A DNA stretch of 41,998 nt. It comes from Longimicrobium sp. Lineage in GTDB: Bacteria; Gemmatimonadota; Gemmatimonadetes; Longimicrobiales; Longimicrobiaceae. Numbering within the stretch: position 1 is the stretch's first letter; each line of letters begins with the position of its first letter. This document shows positions 24,716 to 34,411 of the stretch, in pieces. The DNA is taken from assembly GCF_036280135.1 (NCBI RefSeq), contig NZ_DASURI010000399.1, forward strand, positions 1 through 41,998. The letters are read 5' to 3'. Under the pieces are notes generated by a model. That model had not been told where the DNA came from and searched no databases. It was given only the letters and a program-made list of their open reading frames with translations. The position numbers were made by a program, and so were the translations under genes.

Positions 24716-25150
24716 GTGGAGCGGATCCCGAGCGAGGTGTGGACGGGGCTTGCCGGCTTGCTGGCCGGGGTCGGTGCATACTTCGCCGGCAAAAAGCGGC
24801 GCACACCTCAGCAGACTGTCACTTCCCCCCGCGCGTTTGATCGGTCCTGGGCTCAAGGTATCGAGTCTCAGATGCGCAAGCTCCTCGGCCTCGCTCACGA
24901 GGTGGCGGAGATCGCGCGAAGGATCGATCGAATGGAGCAATGGCAGGACGGCCACGAGGCCGAGGACCGCAAGGCTCACGAGCGGCTGGTGATCGTGGAG
25001 CAGCAGTACAAGGCCGTGCGTGAGTCTCAGGGGCGCTCGGAAGGCATGCTCAAGCGCGTGCTGGACCTGCTGGAGACCGACCTGAAGGAAACGAAGCGGC
25101 GCTTGCTGGACCTGGAGCGGCAACTCCAGGACCGCGGGAGGTTGGCTTGA
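24716..25150 (+). CDS. Single-TM coiled-coil protein (lysis-associated?)
   Basis: N-terminal TM segment followed by heptad repeats. Confidence 0.55.
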   Translation: MERIPSEVWTGLAGLLAGVGAYFAGKKRRTPQQTVTSPRAFDRSWAQGIESQMRKLLGLAHEVAEIARRIDRMEQWQDGHEAEDRKAHERLVIVEQQYKAVRESQGRSEGMLKRVLDLLETDLKETKRRLLDLERQLQDRGRLA

Positions 25151-25380
25151 CCGAGTGCTGGCTGTGCCATACGACCGAGGTCGAGAGCGGGCGGCCGCTG
25201 CTGGGCGACGGAGCGCACGCCGAGTGTCCGCGTCCCGAGCCCCGCCCGAGCCGGTACGTCCCTCTCCCGCCGGCGGTGGAGCGCCGGCTGTTCCGATACG
25301 ACCTGCCGCACAAGCTGCCGCGCACGATGCGCCGCCGCGGCGGCCGGCCCAGGCTCTATTCCGAGGAGGCAGCACTGTGA
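25147..25380 (+). CDS. Hypothetical protein
   Basis: GGAGG RBS, TTG start coupled to the upstream stop. Confidence 0.45.
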   Translation: MTECWLCHTTEVESGRPLLGDGAHAECPRPEPRPSRYVPLPPAVERRLFRYDLPHKLPRTMRRRGGRPRLYSEEAAL

Positions 25381-25955
25381 AGACCGTCACCTGTTTTGAT
25401 TGCGGCAAGTCGGTGCGTGACAAGCCGCTGCTCGGTACTCTGCACCTCTGCTTGAATGAGAGGGCGGCCGCCATGCGTCGGTTGGAGATCGAGCGGCAGC
25501 GGCGAGCACGGAGGCTGTCCAGCGCTGGCGTCGGCCTCAGCCGCTACAACCCGAGTCGTTATGCGGGTCTGGCCTTGGCGGTGCTCCTGCCGTTGCTATT
25601 CGCGGCTCCGGCCCACGCCCAGGTGAGCACGTGTCCGGGCATGACGATCCCGCTCTCGCCCCTGCCCGGCCTGAGCCAGCAGATCACGGTGAGCACGAGC
25701 TCCATCGGCTTCACGGCGGGGAACATCACCAGCGCGAACCAGGGCAACGCCGTGCTCGCGGTGGTGTCTGTCCAGAGCGCGGCCATCCGCTACCGGGACG
25801 ACGGCTTGGCGCCTACATCCTCGGTCGGGCACCCCGTGGCGGCGGATACGGTGATCGTGGTGTGCGGCCGGGCGGCGGTGCTGGGCTTCCGGGCGATCCG
25901 CTCGGGCGGGTCGGACGCGACGCTCGACGTGAGCTACTACAGGTTCGCGCAGTGA
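25377..25955 (+). CDS. Protein with signal-peptide-like segment and virion-type beta domain
   Basis: LALAVLLPLLFAAPAHA|Q followed by IRYRDDGLAPTSSVGHP. Confidence 0.6.
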   Translation: MKTVTCFDCGKSVRDKPLLGTLHLCLNERAAAMRRLEIERQRRARRLSSAGVGLSRYNPSRYAGLALAVLLPLLFAAPAHAQVSTCPGMTIPLSPLPGLSQQITVSTSSIGFTAGNITSANQGNAVLAVVSVQSAAIRYRDDGLAPTSSVGHPVAADTVIVVCGRAAVLGFRAIRSGGSDATLDVSYYRFAQ

Positions 25956-26548
25956 CGGCCCCCAGGATGCCCCGTCTACGCGTGGGAACGCGTGCGCGGG
26001 ACGCGATGTTTCTGTGCCTGGCCGTCGGCCTTGCCCTGACGCTGATCGTGTCCAGGGCGGCCCTGTACGCTCAGACGGTCCCGCTGAGCCAGGGTGGCGC
26101 CGGCGCCGGCCCGGTGGTGGGGAACATCCTCACGGCTCGAGCCTCGGCCACGCTGTCCAAGACGGACAACACCCTCACGGACGTTGCCGGGATGTCCGTG
26201 ACCTTGGAGGCGGCGACCACGTACACGTTCCGGGTGGAGCTGTTCTGCACGGCCACGGACGGGGGCCTGCGCTCGCTGATCAACGGCACGGCGACGGCCT
26301 CGGCCTACGTGGCGGAGGGCGTGACGATCTACGACGGTGCCACGGCCAACTCGCGCACGACCACGTTCGGCAACGGCGTGTCCACGGTGGCGACGGTGGT
26401 GGCGCCGACGGTGCACATCACGATCACCGGAATGATCACCACGACGGACGCGGGCACGTTCAAGGTGCAGTTCAGCCAGGTCAGCACGAACGCGGCGGCG
26501 TCTACGGCCCTGGTCAACTCGTACATGTGGGTCATGGAGACCGAGTGA
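25952..26548 (+). CDS. Protein with signal-peptide-like segment and tail-fibre-tip-like beta domain (alternative start 26006)
   Basis: MFLCLAVGLALTLIVSRAALYA|Q followed by LTDVAGMSVTLEAATTY...AGTFKVQFSQ. Confidence 0.6.
   Translation: MTAPRMPRLRVGTRARDAMFLCLAVGLALTLIVSRAALYAQTVPLSQGGAGAGPVVGNILTARASATLSKTDNTLTDVAGMSVTLEAATTYTFRVELFCTATDGGLRSLINGTATASAYVAEGVTIYDGATANSRTTTFGNGVSTVATVVAPTVHITITGMITTTDAGTFKVQFSQVSTNAAASTALVNSYMWVMETE
25963..26009 (-). repeat. Dispersed ~45-bp element, copy 2 (inverted)
   Basis: ACGCGTGGGAACGCGT at 25978-25993. Confidence 0.85.
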
Positions 26549-26703
26549 TGGCGAACGTGTACTGCCGTTCCTGCGGCGTACCGCTGGAGACCAAGGCCGA
26601 CCAGGGCCTCGGCTGCTGCGCGCGCTGCTACCGGCCGCACGCTGGCCCGGCGTGCCAGGCTGGGCACTGCTCCCACGGCCCCCGGCCGCGCCGGACTGCA
26701 TAA
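26548..26703 (+). CDS. Small Cys-rich protein
   Basis: TGATG coupling, CxxC motifs. Confidence 0.45.
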   Translation: MANVYCRSCGVPLETKADQGLGCCARCYRPHAGPACQAGHCSHGPRPRRTA

Positions 26704-26723
26704 CGGGAGCTGAATTCAATCAA

Positions 26724-27143
26724 ATGGCGCGCGGTGGACGCCGGCCCGGGGCAGGACGCAAGCCGGGCAACAACGGAGCCGAGAAGGAAGAGCTTCGCCG
26801 GCTGCTGCGCGAGCGTGTCGCGGTCCAGTGGGGGCCGATGATCGACGCGCAGATCGAGAACGCGAAGGGCATCAAGTACCTGGTGGTCAGGGAGAAGAAG
26901 ACGGGCAAGTTTGTGCGTGTGACGGAGGCGATGGCCCGGGCCAAGGCCAAGCTGGGCGACGGCGAGGAAGAGATCGAGGTGTGGGAGAAGGACCCGAGCG
27001 TGCAGGCGTTCACGGACCTGGCGAACCGCACGATCGACCGGCCGGCGGAGCAGCCGCTGGACGTGAACGTGACGGGGGAGGTCAACCTGGTGGCGCGGCT
27101 GGTGGCGGGGCGTAAGCGCGTGGCCGAGGCCAAGCATGGCTAG
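26724..27143 (+). CDS. terS: Terminase small subunit (putative)
   Basis: MARGGRRPGAGRKPG N-terminus. Directly upstream of TerL. Confidence 0.75.
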   Translation: MARGGRRPGAGRKPGNNGAEKEELRRLLRERVAVQWGPMIDAQIENAKGIKYLVVREKKTGKFVRVTEAMARAKAKLGDGEEEIEVWEKDPSVQAFTDLANRTIDRPAEQPLDVNVTGEVNLVARLVAGRKRVAEAKHG

Positions 27144-28629
27144 CCCGGCCCGGGTCGAGCTGGAGCTGGCCGACGAGGTCGCCAAGTTCTACGCCGACCC
27201 GCTGGGCTACGTGCTCTTCGCCTATCCGTGGCGGGAGCCGGGCACGCCGCTGGCCGACCACGACGGGCCCGACAAGTGGCAGGCGAAGGCGCTCAAGAGC
27301 CTGGGCGAGCAGGTCAAGGCGCGGCGCTTCGATGGCCTGCACCCGGTGGCTCCGATCCGGGCCGCGTACAGCTCCGGTCACGGGATCGGCAAGACCACGT
27401 TCGTTGCCTGGGTGGTGAACTGGATCATGTCCACGCGCCCGCACGCGCACGGCACGATCACGGCCAACACCTACGTGCAGCTCGAAACCAAGACCTGGGC
27501 GGCCATAAAGCGCTGGACGGGCCTGTGCATCACCTCGCACTGGTTCCAGGTGGGCGACCATCGCATGTACCACGTGGACCATAAGGACTCCTGGTTCTGC
27601 GCGCCTCAGAGCCCGAAAGAGGAGAACAGCGAGGCTTTCGCGGGCCAGCACGCCGCGGACTCGACCAGCTTCTATGTGTTCGATGAGGACAGCGCCATTC
27701 CGGACAAGATCCACGAGGTGGCCGAGGGCGGGCTCACGGACGGCGAGCCCATGATCTTCCTGTTCGGCAACCCGACCAGGAACAGCGGGCACTTTCACCG
27801 GGCGTGTTTCGGTGCGGAGCGGAACCGCTGGAACCCGACCGTGATCGACAGCCGCACGTCCAGGTTCACGAACAAGGCGCAGATCCAAGAGTGGATCGAC
27901 GTGTACGGCGAGGACAGCGACTTCGTGCGCGTGCGCGTCAAGGGCCTGCCGCCCCGGGCCTCGGAGCTTCAGTTCATTGACCAGGGCCGGGTGTTCGAGG
28001 CTCAGAAGCGGCCCACGCCGGCCATGTTCGGAGACGAGCCGCTCGTGTGCGGGGTGGACGTGTCCGACGGCGGCTCGGCCTGGAACGTGATCAGGTTCAG
28101 GCGCGGCGCGGACGCGCGCAGCATCCCTCCGGTGCGGGTCCCGGGCGAGAAGGTGCGCGGTGATCGTTCCGCGTTCCTGGCAGTGCTGGCCGAGGTGCTG
28201 AACGGGGAGTATGGCGGCCAGCGCGTGCAGGCGATGTTCGTGGACAGCGCGTTCGGGGCGCCCTACGTGGAGCGGCTCCAGGCCATGGGCTTCAAGCAGG
28301 TGCAGGAGGTGAGGTTCGGCGCGGAGAGCCCGGACCACCACCAGGCCAACCTGCGCGCGTACATGTGGCACAGCCTGAAGGAATGGCTCTTGCGCGGGGC
28401 GATCGACCCGAAGGACGTGAAGCTGGAGACGGACCTGACCGCGCCGGGCTACCACATCAACAAGCAGGACAAGCTCGTGATCGAGAGCAAGGAAGACATG
28501 GCGAAGCGCGGCGTGGACTCGCCTGACGACGGAGACGCGCTGGCACTGACGTTTGCTGCGCAGGTGGGGCGCGTGTCCCGTCCGAAGCGGCCCGGGCCCG
28601 GCCAGCCGGCGGCTTGGACGTGGGCATGA
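27136..28629 (+). CDS. terL: Terminase large subunit
   Basis: SGHGIGKT Walker A, YVFDE Walker B, FGNPT, GVDVS and SPDDGDALAL nuclease motifs. Confidence 0.95.
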   Translation: MASPARVELELADEVAKFYADPLGYVLFAYPWREPGTPLADHDGPDKWQAKALKSLGEQVKARRFDGLHPVAPIRAAYSSGHGIGKTTFVAWVVNWIMSTRPHAHGTITANTYVQLETKTWAAIKRWTGLCITSHWFQVGDHRMYHVDHKDSWFCAPQSPKEENSEAFAGQHAADSTSFYVFDEDSAIPDKIHEVAEGGLTDGEPMIFLFGNPTRNSGHFHRACFGAERNRWNPTVIDSRTSRFTNKAQIQEWIDVYGEDSDFVRVRVKGLPPRASELQFIDQGRVFEAQKRPTPAMFGDEPLVCGVDVSDGGSAWNVIRFRRGADARSIPPVRVPGEKVRGDRSAFLAVLAEVLNGEYGGQRVQAMFVDSAFGAPYVERLQAMGFKQVQEVRFGAESPDHHQANLRAYMWHSLKEWLLRGAIDPKDVKLETDLTAPGYHINKQDKLVIESKEDMAKRGVDSPDDGDALALTFAAQVGRVSRPKRPGPGQPAAWTWA

Positions 28630-28832
28630 TCGCGGTCCGGCGCGGCGACGCTTTCTTGCTGCCCATCGCGGGCCTGTTCGGCTTCGGCGTGGTCCTGGTC
28701 GTGGACGAGCGGGACGGCTGCGCCCAGGTAGCGATGCAGAGCCAGTCTGTGGGCCTGCTGTCCCTGGAGACTGTGGAGGCCGGAGCGGCGCTGCTGCGCG
28801 AGCGGGCCGAGGAGATCAGCACCGATGCCTGA
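28626..28832 (+). CDS. Hypothetical protein
   Basis: ATGA-coupled, between terL and portal. Confidence 0.5.
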   Translation: MIAVRRGDAFLLPIAGLFGFGVVLVVDERDGCAQVAMQSQSVGLLSLETVEAGAALLRERAEEISTDA

Positions 28833-31029
28833 GACGAACGCAGCCGGCTACAGCTCCGGCGCCAAGAAGGGCCAGACCCACGCGCAGATCCTCGAGGCCG
28901 CGCGCAAGCGGTTCAAGCTCGCGGTGGGCGCGGAGAAGAAGCAGCGCGACCGGGAGAAGGAAGACCTCCAGTTCCAGGTGCCCGAGCTTCAGTGGGACGA
29001 GGCCGCGCGGGCCGAGCGCATGGGCAAGCCAGGCATCCCGGCCCGGCCCACGCTGAGCATCTCCAAGATCGACCAGCCGATCGCGCAGGTGGAGAACGCG
29101 ATGCGGCAGGCGCACCTCGGGGTCGAGGTGCACCCGCTCAGCCCGGACAGCGACGACGACACGGCCGAGGTGATCCGGGGCTTGTACCGCAAGATCGAGC
29201 AGGACAGCCGGGCCAGCTTGGCTCGTTCCTGGGCCTTCGCGCGCGCGATCCGGGCCGGGCGCGGCTACTACCGCGTGAACACGAAGTATGACGAGGCCGG
29301 CGGCAACCCGTTCGATCAGGTCATCACGATCGAGCGCATCCTGCACCAGGAAAGCGTGTACGTGGACCCGACGGCGGTTGAGCCGGACTACTGCGACGCC
29401 AAGTTCGCGTTCGTCGCGGTGTGGCTCACGCCGGAGCAGTTCGAGGCCGAGTACCCCAAGGCCAAGAATCCGGCCTCGGACGATCAGTCCTGGGACCAGG
29501 CCGGCGAGGACCAGCCGGAGTGGGTCCGGACCGAGGGCGGGCAGCGCGCCATCCGGGTCGTGGAGTACTGGACCCGGAACGTCGAGAAGATCAAGCTCTG
29601 CCTGTACGAGAACGGGGAAGTGGTCGAGAAGGGCCCGGGCGAGGAGCCGGACACGAAGGGCAAGGGCGCGCTCGTTGCGGAGCGCGAGTCCGAGCGTACC
29701 AGCGTGAAGGTGTGCAAGCTTACCGGCTTCGAGGTGCTGGACGAGGCCGACTGGAACGGGCGTTACATCCCGCTCGTGCCTGTGATCGGGCGGGAGTTGC
29801 AGCCGATCGAGGGTGAGCGGCGGTGGGAGGGGATCATCCGCAAGGCCAGGGACGCTCAGAAGCTGTTTAACTTCGCGGCGAGCAACGCCGTGGAGCGGGC
29901 GGCGCTGGAGCCCAAGGCCCCGTTCGTGCTCGACCCGAAGCAGATCGATGGTTATGAGCACCTGTGGGACCAGGCCAACACGCGGAGCTTCCCTTACCTG
30001 CCTGTGAACATGTTCGTCGGCGCGCAGCAGTACCCGCCGCCGCAGCGCACGCAGGTGGACAACCAGGCCATGAGCCCCAGCCTGATGTTGCTCCAGAACG
30101 CTACCGACTGGCTCCAGAGCACGACGGCGACGTATGACCCGAGCCTGGGTCGGCAGAATCCGCGCGAGCGCAGCGGCCGGGCCATCGTGGCGTTGCAGGA
30201 TCAGGCCACGCTCACGTCGAGCGACTTCCTGCAGAACCTGGCGGAGATCAGCCTGACGTGCGAGGCCAAGATCGTGCTGGACCTGCTGCCGACGATCTAC
30301 GACCGGCCGGGCCGGATCGCGCAGACGCTGGACCTTGAGGGCGAGACCGAGACGGTGATGCTCAACGCCTCGTTCACGGCCGACCAGAACGGGCGGCCGC
30401 GGGCGGCGGGCGAGGGCATGCCCGGGGCCAAGACCTACGATCTGCGCAAGGGCGTGTACTCCGTGGCGGTGTCGATCGGCCGGAGCCGGCAGACGTTGCA
30501 GCAGGAGGCCGTGGACGAGATCGGCGGCATCTTGCAGGCCATGCCCGCGCTGCTGCCGATCATCGGCCCGACGTGGTTCCGGTATCGAGACTTCCCGGGC
30601 TCGAAGGAAATCGCGGACATGCTGGGTAAGATGCGGGACCAGCAGTACCCGTTCCTGAAGGACGGCGCGGCGCCCGACGACCCGGCGGCGCTGAAGGCTC
30701 AGCTCCAGCAGCAGGGCCAGCAAATGCAGGCCATGGGCGCGCAGCTCCAGGAGGCGATGAACAAGCTCCAGACGGACCAGGTGAAGGCCGAGGCCGACAT
30801 CCGCAAGGCGGAGATCGACTCGCAGACCCGGCTGGAGACGGAGCGGCTCAAGGCCGAGGCTCAGATCGAGGTGGAGCGGATCAGGGCTGCGCAGAAGGAC
30901 CTGACGCAGACGAAGCAGATGGTGGCCGACCAGCGCGAGGCTGCGATGGACCGTAGCCACGAGGCGGCGCAGGCCACGCGGGCAGAGACGGCCGCAATCA
31001 TGCGGGACGGGCAGGGGGACAGGGCGTGA
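28825..31029 (+). CDS. Portal protein, P22-like
   Basis: 734 aa. QWD...RPTLSISKI, YIPLVPVIG, ARDAQKLFN, SGRAI, Gln-rich barrel helix. Confidence 0.92.
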   Translation: MPETNAAGYSSGAKKGQTHAQILEAARKRFKLAVGAEKKQRDREKEDLQFQVPELQWDEAARAERMGKPGIPARPTLSISKIDQPIAQVENAMRQAHLGVEVHPLSPDSDDDTAEVIRGLYRKIEQDSRASLARSWAFARAIRAGRGYYRVNTKYDEAGGNPFDQVITIERILHQESVYVDPTAVEPDYCDAKFAFVAVWLTPEQFEAEYPKAKNPASDDQSWDQAGEDQPEWVRTEGGQRAIRVVEYWTRNVEKIKLCLYENGEVVEKGPGEEPDTKGKGALVAERESERTSVKVCKLTGFEVLDEADWNGRYIPLVPVIGRELQPIEGERRWEGIIRKARDAQKLFNFAASNAVERAALEPKAPFVLDPKQIDGYEHLWDQANTRSFPYLPVNMFVGAQQYPPPQRTQVDNQAMSPSLMLLQNATDWLQSTTATYDPSLGRQNPRERSGRAIVALQDQATLTSSDFLQNLAEISLTCEAKIVLDLLPTIYDRPGRIAQTLDLEGETETVMLNASFTADQNGRPRAAGEGMPGAKTYDLRKGVYSVAVSIGRSRQTLQQEAVDEIGGILQAMPALLPIIGPTWFRYRDFPGSKEIADMLGKMRDQQYPFLKDGAAPDDPAALKAQLQQQGQQMQAMGAQLQEAMNKLQTDQVKAEADIRKAEIDSQTRLETERLKAEAQIEVERIRAAQKDLTQTKQMVADQREAAMDRSHEAAQATRAETAAIMRDGQGDRA

Positions 31030-31274
31030 ACGGCAAGCAGGCGAGGGTGGCGAGGAAGGCGGCGCACGAGACAGCGCTGGGCATGGCGGCTCAGCTCCGG
31101 GACCCGATCGGGGCCGCGCTGAGCAACGAGCAGGTGACGCGCGGGCGGGTGGACTCGCTGGAGCGGCGGGCGGATGCCATGGTGCGCGACCACGACGCGT
31201 TGCAGGTGCTGGTGGCCGATCACGTGAACCTGGGGCTGCTGGGCAGGCTGCGCTGGCTTTTGCGCGGCCGGTAG
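31026..31274 (+). CDS. Hypothetical protein
   Basis: GTGA coupling. Confidence 0.6.
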   Translation: MNGKQARVARKAAHETALGMAAQLRDPIGAALSNEQVTRGRVDSLERRADAMVRDHDALQVLVADHVNLGLLGRLRWLLRGR

Positions 31275-31294
31275 CTTGCTCGGCACGAAAGGCG

Positions 31295-31323
31295 TTGACT
31301 TCCGGGTGCTGAAAACTGTAAGT
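31295..31323 (+). promoter_or_regulatory. Possible promoter for scaffold and coat genes
   Basis: TTGACT in an AT-richer intergenic gap. The -10 is weak. Confidence 0.3.
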
Positions 31324-31335
31324 GGAAAGTAGGGC

Positions 31336-32484
31336 ATGAGCAGCACGGTACAGGTTGACGGCTACGACGTGACGAGCACGCACGAGACCGCGGATGCGAT
31401 GGTCGAGGCGCTGACTCCGGAGAAGCCGGAGGGGTCGGGCCCGCGCGTGCTGCGGGACCAGGGCAAGGCTGTACCGCAGCAGGACCCGGACGAGGCCAAG
31501 GTCAGCGAGGCCGCGTCGGAGCTGGGCAAGCGCGGGGGCCAGGCCGCGGCCGAGGCGCGGAAGAAGGCGGCCAAGGCCAAGCCCGCCGCGGAGCCGGAGC
31601 AGCCCGAGGCCGAGGCCAAGCCCGAGGAGAACGAGCAGGAGGCCGAGCGTGAGCAGGCCGAGCCCCGCAAGGGCAACCCGCGGCACGACCCGACGGCGCG
31701 CGTCGCGCAGGCCACGCGAGAGGCGGCCGAGGCCCGGCGAGAAGCCGCAGAGCTGAAGCGGCGCCTGGCCGAGCTGGAGGCGCGCGTCAGCCGTCCGGCC
31801 GACCCGACGCCGGCTCAGCCCGCGCAGCCGCAGCGCCAGGCCGCGCCCGCTCCCGACGAGGACCAGGAGCCCAAGGAAGACGACTTCGAGAACTACGCCG
31901 ACTATGTGAAGGCCGCCGGCGCACACGCGGCCCGGCGCGAGTTCCGACAGCTCCAGGAGCGGCAGCAGCGCGAGGCCCGGGCCGCCGAGTTCCAGGCGTC
32001 CGTGCGCGGCTACGTGACCAAGTTCAGTGAGCGGCTCGCGGCGGCCGGCCAGGGCGAGACCCCCGAGGAGCGCCACGCCGAGTTCATGTCCCGGCTGTCT
32101 CCCGAGGTGCAGAACCTTCGCCCGTCCCTGTCGCTGGAGCACCCGAGCATGGCCGGGCCGCTCAATGTCCTGGCCGACCAGATCGTGGCCTCGGAGCACT
32201 CCGCGGGCCTGCTGGTGTTCCTGTCCGAGAATCCCGACGCACTTCAGCGGTTCGCCACGCTGCGATCCCCGCACGACGTTGTGCGTGAGGTGGCGAAGAT
32301 CGAGTACCGGCTCGAAGCTGCAACCGCAGGCGCCAGCGCGAAGCCGGCAGTATCCCAGGCGAAGCCCCCGTTCCGGCCTGTGAACGGCACGCCTAGTACC
32401 GCAGACGCCGCGCCAGGTGACGACGCCTCGTTTGACGAGCACGTCGCTTACCACAACGCAAGGGAGCGGCGCGCGAAGCGGTAG
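31336..32484 (+). CDS. Capsid scaffolding protein (putative)
   Basis: Acidic and coiled-coil, EPKEDDFENYADYVKA motif, between portal and coat. Confidence 0.8.
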   Translation: MSSTVQVDGYDVTSTHETADAMVEALTPEKPEGSGPRVLRDQGKAVPQQDPDEAKVSEAASELGKRGGQAAAEARKKAAKAKPAAEPEQPEAEAKPEENEQEAEREQAEPRKGNPRHDPTARVAQATREAAEARREAAELKRRLAELEARVSRPADPTPAQPAQPQRQAAPAPDEDQEPKEDDFENYADYVKAAGAHAARREFRQLQERQQREARAAEFQASVRGYVTKFSERLAAAGQGETPEERHAEFMSRLSPEVQNLRPSLSLEHPSMAGPLNVLADQIVASEHSAGLLVFLSENPDALQRFATLRSPHDVVREVAKIEYRLEAATAGASAKPAVSQAKPPFRPVNGTPSTADAAPGDDASFDEHVAYHNARERRAKR

Positions 32485-32520
32485 GGACGCGGGCGGCCTC
32501 GCCCGCGCTGGTATCGCCTT

Positions 32521-33753
32521 ATGGCGAATACGCTGGTCACCCCTTCCTGGACCCTCAAGGAGGTCGGGCGGGGTTTCGAGAACAACCTTCGGTTCGTGAA
32601 CAACATCGAGCGCAAGTACAGCGACGAGTTCGTGCAGGCCGGGGCCAAGGTCGGCAACACGATCAACTACCGGCTGCCCCAGCGCTTCACCGTCTCGGAC
32701 GGGCAGGCGCTCGACATCCAGAACCTGCTCGACCAGACCGTGCCCATCAGCTTGACCAACCAGAAGCACGTGGACATGAGCTGGAGCGCCTGGCAGGAGA
32801 CGACCGAGGTCGAGGACGTGCGGCGCCGGTACATCGACAAGGCCGCATCGGCCCTCGCGTCGGTGATCGACAACCTCGCGTTCGAGACGGTCTACAAGGA
32901 CGTGTACAACAGCGTCGGCACGCCCGGCACCACGCCGAGCACCAACCTGACCTACTTGCAGGCCGGGCGGAAGCTGGACGACCTGGCGACGCCGACGGAC
33001 AAGCGCGTCGCGGTGCTCGACTCCGAGCAGATGATCGTCCTCGTCAACGCCAACCTCTCGAGCTTCAACCCGTCCGCGGTGATCTCCGAGGGCTTCCGCA
33101 AGGGGATGTTCGGCCGGAACGTGCTGAACATCGATGAGTGGTACTCCTCGCAGAGCCGGGCCACGTTCACGACCGGGAGCAGCACCACGAGCACCCCGCT
33201 CGTGGACGGCGCGGGCCAGACCGGCAGCACGATCAACATCAACGGCTGGGGCTCCGGCGCCACGTCGCTGAAGAAGGGCGACATCATCACCATCGCGGGC
33301 GTGTTCAGCGTCAACCCGGAGAACTACCAGAGCACGGGCCGGCTCCAGCAGTTCGTGATCACTGCGGACACCTCGGATTCGAGTGGTGCCACGGCCACGC
33401 TGCCGATCAGCCCGTCGATCATCACGTCCGGCTCGCTCCAGACCGTGAGCGCCTCGCCGGCGAACGATGCCGTCGTGACCTACTGGTCCATGGCGGCCGG
33501 CGGCTCGCAGTCCGCGACCGCGTCGCCCACGGGCCTGATCTTCCACCCCGAGGCGTTCGCGGGTGTCACCGCCGACCTGGCTCTGCCCAACGGCGGCGCC
33601 AAGGCCACGCGGATCAGCTCGAAGCTGCGCGGGATCGCCCTGCGCATGGCCGAGCAGTGGGACGTCCAGACCGACCAGAACATCACCAGGATCGACACCA
33701 TCGTCGGCTTCGCGACCACGCGCGCGTCGTTTGCGTGCCGGGCCCAGGGGTAA
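32521..33753 (+). CDS. Major capsid protein, P22 gp5-like
   Basis: MANTLVTPSW...GAKVGNTINYRLPQRF...KGDIITIAGVFSVNP...TRID. Confidence 0.92.
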   Translation: MANTLVTPSWTLKEVGRGFENNLRFVNNIERKYSDEFVQAGAKVGNTINYRLPQRFTVSDGQALDIQNLLDQTVPISLTNQKHVDMSWSAWQETTEVEDVRRRYIDKAASALASVIDNLAFETVYKDVYNSVGTPGTTPSTNLTYLQAGRKLDDLATPTDKRVAVLDSEQMIVLVNANLSSFNPSAVISEGFRKGMFGRNVLNIDEWYSSQSRATFTTGSSTTSTPLVDGAGQTGSTININGWGSGATSLKKGDIITIAGVFSVNPENYQSTGRLQQFVITADTSDSSGATATLPISPSIITSGSLQTVSASPANDAVVTYWSMAAGGSQSATASPTGLIFHPEAFAGVTADLALPNGGAKATRISSKLRGIALRMAEQWDVQTDQNITRIDTIVGFATTRASFACRAQG

Positions 33754-33757
33754 CGCC

Positions 33758-34399
33758 ATGGCACTGACTCGGACGACCCTGTCGAGCGCGGTGGTGGTGG
33801 CGGATACCTCCATCGTGGTTGCTTCCGCGACCGGCTTCGCGGCCGACCGCATCGTGCGGATCGACCAGGAGTTCATGGTCGTGCAGAAGAGCTATTCCAG
33901 CGGCACCACCATCCCGGTGCGTCGCGGGCAGCTCGGGACGAAGAACGTGGCTCACGTGGCCTCGGCCGGCGTCGTGGTCGGGACCGCTGCGGACGATTGG
34001 GACGCGCCCGGCGTCGCGGCGGTGGTGAACAACCCGACCGCGGGACGGCCGCGGATCATCGAGTCGATCACGGCCGACAACTCCACGGTGACGCATTCGG
34101 CCGCCGGCACCGACCACGTCGTGATCCTCAACGGGACCAGCGTGATCAATCTGACCGTGCCCGTTCCGACCACGGACATGGACGGGGACGAGCTGAACAT
34201 CTTGGCGAACGGGACCGCGGCTCACGTGATCACGTTCACGGGCGGCATCGGTGGCGAGGGCTCCTCGTACGACGTGATCACGAGCAACGCCAACGGTCCG
34301 GTGGCGTACAAGTTCGTGGCCTGCAACGCCGTGTGGCTCGCGTACTGCCAGCCTGCCATGACCGGCACTGTGACCAACCTCGTCGGCGGAATCGCGTAA
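33758..34399 (+). CDS. Virion structural protein (decoration-like)
   Basis: Follows the coat gene. Thr/Val-rich beta protein. Confidence 0.65.
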   Translation: MALTRTTLSSAVVVADTSIVVASATGFAADRIVRIDQEFMVVQKSYSSGTTIPVRRGQLGTKNVAHVASAGVVVGTAADDWDAPGVAAVVNNPTAGRPRIIESITADNSTVTHSAAGTDHVVILNGTSVINLTVPVPTTDMDGDELNILANGTAAHVITFTGGIGGEGSSYDVITSNANGPVAYKFVACNAVWLAYCQPAMTGTVTNLVGGIA

Positions 34400-34411
34400 G
34401 GGGGACAGATC

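Noticed and set aside
32488-32507. Hairpin between scaffold and coat genes as a terminator
   Set aside because: It has no U-tract and sits within an operon. More likely a stability or processing element.
28816-33876. 1686-aa minus-strand ORF
   Set aside because: Antisense shadow of the portal, scaffold and coat genes caused by GC-rich codon bias. The sequence is not protein-like.
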